DNA of 63,998 bases, filler included, from Aduncisulcus paluster (taxonomy: Eukaryota): the NCBI GenBank assembly GCA_024181965.1. It is 10 parts of 10 records of this genome, joined end to end, with 100 filler letters (N's around TTAATTAATTAA, not from the genome) between each part and the next. Parts side by side here need not be neighbours in the genome. Positions count along the whole stretch, not along the records: positions 51,373 to 58,770 come from BQXS01010110.1; positions 58,871 to 62,399 come from BQXS01010113.1; positions 62,500 to 63,998 come from BQXS01010201.1; 7 more parts are not named here. The stretch is one strand, 5' to 3'. The notes beneath the pieces were generated by a model. The model did no database searches. It saw only the letters and a list, made by a program, of their open reading frames with translations, and was not told the origin of the DNA. Made by a program: the position numbers and the translations under genes. Positions 56,418 to 63,998 of the stretch are shown here, piece after piece. How positions within the stretch are numbered: position 1 is the stretch's first letter; every line of letters starts with the position of its first letter.

Positions 56418-58770
56418 TCAAGGTAGTTGGCTAATGATCTTCGGGACAACTTGCCGTGATCTAATCCCTTTCTTCCCTTTCCCTTCCTTCCTCCTCTTCC
56501 TCCTCTTCTCCTTCATTTCTTTGAAAGGTTTCATTATATCATGTTGTGGTTGCAGCTCATCCTCGCCACAACCAGAAGAGTCATGAATACTCTCAGTTGA
56601 CGATATTTCTGGAGGATCTTTACCTTTGACCTTGATCATATCGTCTTTTGGCAGTGACTTTTTGGCCTTTGTTAATTTCTTCAGTGATTTCTTCCCTGAT
56701 TTCTTCCCTGCTTTCTTCTTCGATTGCTTCTTTGATTTCTTTGAGTCTTGGAGTTCATAACAAGAAGAAGAGTTTATATCTGGACCATGGACAGGTTGAA
56801 CCATTATTGGTATTAATGAAGGAAGAACCGACACCATTTCTTCTTCAGCATCATGGACTGGATGTGATGGATGCAATGAATGGATCCCATTTGTAGCATC
56901 TTTTGTCACATTACCATGTTTCAATAAAGTCTTCTTCTTCCTCCTTTTCACAGTTACAGTCGAGATCTAATCCCTTTCTTCCCTTTCCCTTCCTTCCTCC
57001 TCTTCCTCCTCTTCTCCTTCATTTCTTTGAAAGGTTTCATTATATCATGTTGTGGTTGCAGCTCATCCTCGCCACAACCAGAAGAGTCATGAATACTCTC
57101 AGTTGACGATATTTCTGGAGGATCTTTACCTTTGACCTTGATCATATCGTCTTTTGGCAGTGACTTTTTGGCCTTTGTTAATTTCTTCAGTGATTTCTTC
57201 CCTGATTTCTTCCCTGCTTTCTTCTTCGATTGCTTCTTTGATTTCTTTGAGTCTTGGAGTTCATAACAAGAAGAAGAGTTTATATCTGGACCATGGACAG
57301 GTTGAACCATTATTGGTATTAATGAAGGAAGAACCGACACCATTTCTTCTTCAGCATCATGGACTGGATGTGATGGATGCAATGAATGGATCCCATTTGT
57401 AGCATCTTTTGTCACATTACCATGTTTCAATAAAGTCTTCTTCTTCCTCCTTTTCACAGTTACAGTCGACTTTCGATGATTCCATTTTGTTCCTGAATGA
57501 CGGATCTTATCCTCTCCATCCAATCGATTGCTGAGGACAAAATTCCCAGATGTTGATCGCTTCATGCGATTAAAGCTACAATACGAGCATATGACATATA
57601 TAAGAATAATGAGAATAATGAACGATAGAGCAAAGATGATGATGACAAACAGTGACCAAAATGAGTCCTCTTCTGCACACGATTGTCCATACCATCCTTC
57701 TTCACAAGAGCATTCATAGAACAATGGGAGTGAAGAAGAGGGCGAAGATACCACGAGATTGCATGTGCCATGAGATGAACAAAGGGTATCGGATGATGAT
57801 TGAGTCTCCACTCCACATACATCCACAGAACACATTGACGATGAAGAAGTTGGATTATTTGCATCATTTATATCATTTGTAGCAACACTGTCATCATTAC
57901 CCCATCCATACTCACACTGACACATGGCCGTGAGACTATCTTCCCCTTCACCAAGAACACATGTGCCATGACTATCCGTGGTTGTTCCACAGGTCAAGCA
58001 AGCTGTGTCATTTCCAGCAATGTCCTTGTAATAAGGGTGGGTTGCAGGATCAATGCATGTGGATGTGGATGCATCAGTGATGAGACCATAGGAGGAACAG
58101 TCACACGAATATGTGTCAGTGTTTGGTGTATAGATTGCATAGTCTGAATATGATGAAGATGGAATTGTGGTGTAATTGATTCCACACACATAATCAACGA
58201 TAGTCGGGTTTGTTTCATCATCATCATTCACATACTCAACAGTCTCAACAGGATATTGAGTGAAACATGTTGATCCATTCCATCCAGCATCACACTCACA
58301 ATACAATGCCTCAGAAGAAGAGGAGGAAGAGAGATCAACAGAACATCGACCGTGCAGACCACATCTTGACAAACTATCACAATAGAGGTTGCATGAAGAT
58401 CCATAATACCCAGACTCACACACACATGTATGGGTGGCAGCATCACATGTTCCACGAGATGATCCACTGCACAAACCAAGATCGTCAGAAACAGGACAAA
58501 TGGACGAGCATTCAGTCCCATACCATCCATCAGAACACTCACAGAATGGCAATGATTCATCACCAGAGTCAGAGTCAGAGTCAGAGTCAGCATCATGCAC
58601 ACATGTACCACGCTCACCACCACAATTGGAGCATGCAGAAGAAGAAGAAGAAGAAGAAGAAACAACAGTAGCAGCTGAAACACATTCTCCAGATGAAGTG
58701 TCTTCATAGTATCCTGACCCACAGACACATACATATTCACTTCCATCATCATCTGCAGAATCATTGACCT
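56418..58770 (-). CDS. EGF-like (tenascin-type) repeat type I membrane protein, 5' partial
   Basis: Repeated C..HG.C...C.C..GW.G..C; TM FWSLFVIIIFALSFIILIILIYVIC; Lys-rich cytoplasmic tail. Confidence 0.88.
56458..57469. repeat. 506-bp exact tandem duplication, probable assembly artefact
   Basis: 56458..56963 equals 56964..57469 and frameshifts the EGF gene. Confidence 0.85.
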
Positions 58771-58870
58771 NNNNNNNNNNNNNNNNNNNNNNNNNNNNNN
58801 NNNNNNNNNNNNNNTTAATTAATTAANNNNNNNNNNNNNNNNNNNNNNNNNNNNNNNNNNNNNNNNNNNN

Positions 58871-60160
58871 CTTGCAAGGAATCTCTTGTCATTCTCAAAG
58901 CCTAAACAGAGAGATGTCTGCATTGTGGCAATCGAAAGGAGGATAGTGGACACTGGAATTAACGAAAAAGAACAATACACTTATCAAACGTTGAAGTTAG
59001 ATGATTTATCTGTGCAAAATACTGTATCTGTCGATGAAAATGGAATTGTAACAAAAAAGTCTGAGGAAGCGAAGTCTGAGGATATTATCTGGCCGACCAT
59101 TGATGATATCTTGAGATTTGACGATGAGGAGGAATATGGGCTTGAAGTTGACACGACTTGTTTCCGGTGCTTTCCAGTGAATGATCCCCGTGGATGCATG
59201 GTACGAGATTCTTTGGAAGCTGAATTCACTGATAGTGTCTCGCTCGAGGATGATGGAGTTCCTTGTCTTCCGAATTCTGCCCTTGACAGCTTACCGGTGC
59301 TCCAAGTCGATTGGGATGCCGTTTCAGAGCTGGCAAAAGATGACGATCACTGTAAATTTGAGACCTGGAATGCCCAATTCCGGCAGTGTGCTATCAAAGA
59401 ATTTCCTCAGGTCGATAAATGGATTATTCAGGAAGATTTGCTCCTGAATGTTTCATTTGAGGAAGATGGAAAGATGTGCACTCGGCGACGGATGAAAGTT
59501 CTATTATCGCGAAAACCTCAAGACATTGGATGCAATCGGATGTGGTTCTCCTTTGCCAAAGCAGAGACAATGAGGAGAAGAGCAGAGGACAAGTATATTC
59601 CTGATATCATTTCTTCCGTCACTACTAAAAAAGGGGAGGATATTGACGCAAGGATTGGCATGTTGAAGAAACAACGAACTAAAATATCTCATCAAGATGA
59701 CCCTTCAATGTGGAGTGGGAAAATATATTACGGGTTTAGTAGGTTACATTCTTATGGTTTGTTCGCTGCTAAATCGTATAAAAAGAATGAAGAGGTCTGT
59801 AAGTACATTGGGGAACATATCTCGAAGATTAAGTGCGATTTAATGGAAATGAGTTATGTTTTGGGTGGATTGGACAGCACTTATATGTTCAGACTCAAAG
59901 ATGACGCCGTTGATTCGACGCACGCAGGAAATTGGGGTCGTTTTATTAATCACTCGTGTGAATCCAACTGTACAGCAAGCACTGTGGGATCTAGTTCCGA
60001 GGCAAATATCATCATACGGGCGTGTAGACCAATTCAAAAGGGCGAGGAATTGACATACGATTATAAACTTCCATATGAAAGCAAGGAAAACGCAATTCGA
60101 TGTTTGTGTGGGTCTCCAAAATGTAGAGGATACCTTAATTATCAAGATCCACAGCAATAA
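58871..60160 (+). CDS. SET + post-SET histone lysine methyltransferase, Set1/H3K4-like, 5' partial
   Basis: SRLHSYGLFA, YIGE, YMFRL, RFINHSC.SNC, EELTYDY, CLCGSPKCRGYLN. Confidence 0.92.
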   Translation, partial: LARNLLSFSKPKQRDVCIVAIERRIVDTGINEKEQYTYQTLKLDDLSVQNTVSVDENGIVTKKSEEAKSEDIIWPTIDDILRFDDEEEYGLEVDTTCFRCFPVNDPRGCMVRDSLEAEFTDSVSLEDDGVPCLPNSALDSLPVLQVDWDAVSELAKDDDHCKFETWNAQFRQCAIKEFPQVDKWIIQEDLLLNVSFEEDGKMCTRRRMKVLLSRKPQDIGCNRMWFSFAKAETMRRRAEDKYIPDIISSVTTKKGEDIDARIGMLKKQRTKISHQDDPSMWSGKIYYGFSRLHSYGLFAAKSYKKNEEVCKYIGEHISKIKCDLMEMSYVLGGLDSTYMFRLKDDAVDSTHAGNWGRFINHSCESNCTASTVGSSSEANIIIRACRPIQKGEELTYDYKLPYESKENAIRCLCGSPKCRGYLNYQDPQQ

Positions 60161-60450
60161 ATCAATATATTTGGTTTTTGAAATGTATTTTATCATCAGG
60201 ATACAATGATTGAAATGATTTGTTCATCTTTTCCTGCATTGAAACAAAGGATATATTTATTGTATGTCATTTATTTCTTTTAATGTAGATTAAAACATAT
60301 TTTATGTGTTTTTAGGCAATTATATTTGCTAGATGTGCCGTCGGGCTTGTTAATATTGTTTCTCGGACTATTCTTCCTGAAATACAATTGTTTGAACATA
60401 TATTTTTTTCATATCTTGTCTAATATTAGATAAAATTCGATTTTTAGTCA

Positions 60451-61536
60451 ATGAGTTCATCCTCACCTGTGATTCAAATTGTGAAGCCGAAATTAATTCA
60501 TGAAGGAGGATTGGGTTGCTGTCCAATATTTCTTGATGCTCCAAATATTATGAGGGTAGATTTTCAAACAATTCATGCAAGAGATGTAACCAAGGGAAAA
60601 GTGCACGATAAGAGTATGAATGCCCAAAATATGATGAAAGGTGAGGTCAATTTTGGATCATTTACATATATTTCCATTCCTTTTTCTTCGTCTTCTACAG
60701 TGAAAGGCGCTTATATATGTCTGTATTCTTTGTATTCACCTCCATCTCATATTCTCCTCACTTTTAAATCTTCAAAGGGTGGTAAAATATCCAAGAAATA
60801 CAAATTTTCTGAATTTAGCGGTATATATTGGTATTTCCTTCCTGTTAATCTTTCTGGTGTCGTTTTATGTGAGATTACAGGGAAGGGAAGAGGAGAAAGA
60901 GTGTGTTTTAATATTATCTCCCTTGTTTTCGTTCGAGAAGAAACCTCCGAGGAAGTCATAGCTTGTGAAGTCAGAGAGAAACTATGGTCTGAAACTCCAG
61001 TTGTGAAATCAGAGTTTGTTATGGAAGGCGATTGGAAATCTCAAGGTAGAGATTCCATTCCCATTCCACGTGATGATCCAAAGGTTATTGATCCTTCATT
61101 CTCGATGGTTGAGTGCAAGAATGTTTCAAATAGTAAGGATTCTAAGAAGTATGACAAGAGTTTAGATGCCAAATTGATGTTAAAGGGGGAAAGTGCTGTT
61201 TCCTTATCCCATCTTTCTATTCCTTTTCCATCACCTAATCCAATGAAAGGTGCTTATATCTGTGTGAGTAATTGTAGTTCACCCGCTCTTCTCTTCACTT
61301 TTACTGATTGTTATGGTATCAAGACATCCAAGAAGTATGATTTCACAGAACCTAAATATTACTATGAATGGCATTTCCTCCCTATTGACTTGACCGACGT
61401 TGTCCTATGTGAAATTGAGGGGAAAGGGAGGTGGGAAGAGAAGAATTGTCAATTTTTTCATATTTACTCCCTTGTTTTTACTATTCCAGACGAAATCGTT
61501 GTTGCTGAACGATTATCTCTACTTCCATGGAAATAA
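60451..61536 (+). CDS. Hypothetical protein with two tandem ~180-aa repeats (same family as 49028..50611)
   Basis: SIPF..KGAYIC..LL.F..SKKY.F..W.FLP..L..VVLCEI.GKG..I.SLVF occurs twice. Confidence 0.8.
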   Translation: MSSSSPVIQIVKPKLIHEGGLGCCPIFLDAPNIMRVDFQTIHARDVTKGKVHDKSMNAQNMMKGEVNFGSFTYISIPFSSSSTVKGAYICLYSLYSPPSHILLTFKSSKGGKISKKYKFSEFSGIYWYFLPVNLSGVVLCEITGKGRGERVCFNIISLVFVREETSEEVIACEVREKLWSETPVVKSEFVMEGDWKSQGRDSIPIPRDDPKVIDPSFSMVECKNVSNSKDSKKYDKSLDAKLMLKGESAVSLSHLSIPFPSPNPMKGAYICVSNCSSPALLFTFTDCYGIKTSKKYDFTEPKYYYEWHFLPIDLTDVVLCEIEGKGRWEEKNCQFFHIYSLVFTIPDEIVVAERLSLLPWK

Positions 61537-61742
61537 GCGAACAAATTGTCTTCACAGAATACATTTTACAGTTGTTTGATGATAAATTTTCAATGAACAG
61601 TCGGCGTTTTCACGAAGTTCGTTGAGTCCACTCCACTTGAATTTTCTAAAAAATGATTTGAGATTTATTATATTAAAGTTTAGGTATTGTTATAAACAAT
61701 GATGTTGTTGTTTGATATATCACAAAATGGGCAAAATTATGT

Positions 61743-62399
61743 TTACAAATAACTTGACGAATCATCAAACAACCCAGCAGTCAAATCAATATCAGATTTG
61801 GATTTTTTCGCTTTTGACGTTGTTTTCCCCGATTTCTTCTTTGATGACATCGAATCATCTCCAAACCCAAGCCCCAAAGAAGCAGAACTTGTCCCTCCAC
61901 CGAGCAGATCATCATCGTCATCCAGAAAGTTATTATCAATCCCTGTTGTAGTGCTGAGCATACTATCTTCTCGCTTCACAGTACGGTTATCACCAGAGGT
62001 CTTCTTCGAGCTGAGAGAAGTCTTAGAGCTTGTTCCTGTGAGGAAATCAAGACTTGCACTGCCGCCTCTTGGCTCACTTTCACTCAGTAAATCCACAGTC
62101 CCGTCACGTCCAAGCCCAAGATCGGTTGTCGATCCGAATAGAGAAGAAGACTTCTTCAAGGTGTGTGCGCTCTGGTCATCCGTTTTGTGTGAAGATAACT
62201 TTGCCTTGCTAGGGGAAGAAGGAGAAGGAGAATCTGACCCGAGAATGCCGAGAAGGTCAGGAGAAGCCGATGGTGCCCCACCAAGGTTTGAAATTGAAGG
62301 AGAATCCAAATGAATGGTTGAGCTAGTGGAAGCAATTGTGTGAGTTTTATCTTTATCTTTCTCATCTTTCGTCGATTTTTCTGACTTTGTTTGACCTGC
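61743..62399 (-). CDS. Ser/Asp/Gly-rich disordered C-terminus of a hypothetical protein, 5' partial
   Basis: 188-aa ORF with DLLG/LFDD motifs; probable frameshift near 62310. Confidence 0.5.
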   Translation of the reverse strand, partial: AGQTKSEKSTKDEKDKDKTHTIASTSSTIHLDSPSISNLGGAPSASPDLLGILGSDSPSPSSPSKAKLSSHKTDDQSAHTLKKSSSLFGSTTDLGLGRDGTVDLLSESEPRGGSASLDFLTGTSSKTSLSSKKTSGDNRTVKREDSMLSTTTGIDNNFLDDDDDLLGGGTSSASLGLGFGDDSMSSKKKSGKTTSKAKKSKSDIDLTAGLFDDSSSYL

Positions 62400-62499
62400 N
62401 NNNNNNNNNNNNNNNNNNNNNNNNNNNNNNNNNNNNNNNNNNNTTAATTAATTAANNNNNNNNNNNNNNNNNNNNNNNNNNNNNNNNNNNNNNNNNNNN

Positions 62500-62797
62500 A
62501 AAGAGCATCTAAACCTGACAGCTGGCCAAAGTACTCGATAACCTTGTTCAGGAACGTTTCTTCATTCTCCCTAACCTCGTCGGGAGATGAGAGCAAGTCT
62601 GGGTGTTTAAGGACGGTTCCGACAACGTCGGCATAGATCGGCAAGATATCCATGTCAATAAGAGAGAACAATGAGCTTTTCCCGCCTCGGGCGCGATACT
62701 GGTCGAAGTCTTTATAAAACTTCCCAAACTCTTTAGAGCCATAAAGAAATAAAAACGGAGACTTATTTTCAATCATACGGTTGATTTTGATCAAAAT
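62500..62797 (-). mobile_element. gag: LTR retrotransposon 5' region: LTR end, palindrome, gag N-terminus (ATG at 62776)
   Basis: ..CTGACACA-TTTTGATCAAAAT-7 nt-ATG; protein homologous to the 63446 ORF. Confidence 0.75.
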
Positions 62798-63422
62798 GTG
62801 TCAGTACAACGAAAATGACTGTGCAAAATTTACTAGAACATTTCAAGCTTGTTCATCTATTTTTAGATGAGAAGAAACAAAGTTAAAAGCAACAAAAATA
62901 AAAATAAATAAATAATTGAGAATAAAATAAGTCAATAAATCTTAAACAAAATGTAATTTTATTCTCAACCAATACAGGGGTGTGGTGACCCCACCTCAAA
63001 ACTTTTTATAACACGATATTTCTAGAACAATATTTATTTTTATTATTATTTATTTGAATTATGTTTATTTTATATATTTATTTTATATTCTATGTCTCAT
63101 AATTTGACATGTAATTGATTTCACAAGAATCAATCTGATCTCCCGCAAACCAATAAATTCAATTTAGTACAAGTTGTACTACAATGTTAGATAGTATCTA
63201 ACGTTGACGAATCGTCTCCGTGTTATTCGCTTATTTAGTGACTAACACCACATTAGTAGTTATCAAAACTCGACCAAAGTGCGCTGTAATATACCTTATA
63301 TTATATCATATTTTTATTATTTATTTTACTCTATTCATTATTCTCAGAGATCTATTTTTAGGAGTTTCGGTTCATGTGTTTATTCTTAAATAAATTTGTC
63401 TGCGCTTTACTAAGCCTGTCAC

Positions 63423-63998
63423 ATTTTGATCAAAATCTCAAGCTTATGATTGCTCAACAAACTTTCACAAAGGCTCCTTTGCTTCGTTTGGTGGGAGAAA
63501 AGCACTTTATTCGTTTTAAGAACGAGTTATCTACTTATCGGGCCGCTGGTGGCCAAGCTGCCTTGTTCTCACTAATTCGAACGGACACACTGTCCATTTA
63601 CCGTGATATAGCGGATGCTAAACTGGAAGCTCCAGGGGAACGAGCTAAGGAAGTCATTGCCGAGGAAGAGAAATTGTTTCTGGAAAAACTTCACGAACAC
63701 TACGGAAACAAATCTGCTTTAGACACATTCTACTCGATTGAAGCGATAAAACTTAAGGAGATCACTGAAGATGCTGTTGCCAAGTACGTTACTCGTTACA
63801 AGGCTTCATTGAGAAGATTGTCTGAAGAAGAAGTGTTAACTGATAAGTCCCTTACCGAGGCGTTCATTAAGGGCATTAAGCACCCTCGTTTTCGCTTAAG
63901 AGTGAAAGCTGCCCTGGAAGGAGAGTCTTTCGGTATGTCTGGTTTAACCAAGGTGATCTTCCAACAATTACATCTGGTATTGGAAACTTTGGAGGATG
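63423..63998 (+). mobile_element. gag: LTR retrotransposon 5' region: LTR end, palindrome, gag ORF 63446..>63998 (absent from the ORF track)
   Basis: MIAQQTFTKAPLLRLVGEKHFIRFKNELSTYRAAGG..VAKYVTRYK..AFIKGI; capsid-like V..Y...F..G pattern; open to the window end. Confidence 0.8.

Noticed and set aside
56458-57469. Exact tandem duplications inside genes (also 17514-18007) as real gene rearrangements
   Set aside because: 100% identical, frame-breaking and the same size class as the gap overlaps; most likely gap-filling artefacts

Overview
Eukaryotic (protist) DNA made of about 10 separate scaffolds joined by artificial N..TTAATTAATTAA..N linkers, so gene order across linkers is meaningless. 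Seven 20-N gaps are flanked by duplicated sequence (assembly overlaps). Genes are dense and mostly intronless, with a few GTATGT...AG introns and Ser/Glu/Lys-rich low-complexity inserts. The style is consistent with a free-living fornicate such as Aduncisulcus (inference only). Recognisable genes: Tousled-like kinase N-terminus, DPP4-like peptidase, Prp28-like DEAD-box helicase, NAC-beta, RhoGDI, long-chain acyl-CoA synthetase, a bacterial-type NhaD antiporter, an LRR-SH3-PH protein, a TatD fragment, an ABCC transporter, an EGF-repeat membrane protein, a Set1-like SET protein and two members of a tandem beta-sandwich family. Mobile DNA: several Ty3/Gypsy elements (one with a chromodomain) and CACTA/Plavaka-like transposase relics. 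Two signals stand out. (1) Three Gypsy LTR/gag junctions have no tRNA primer-binding site; each carries a perfect 14-bp palindrome in the same register, conserved in structure but not in sequence, suggesting an undescribed tRNA-independent priming or dimerisation mechanism. (2) Intergenic DNA repeatedly consists of chains of abutting short palindromes with a single-base centre.
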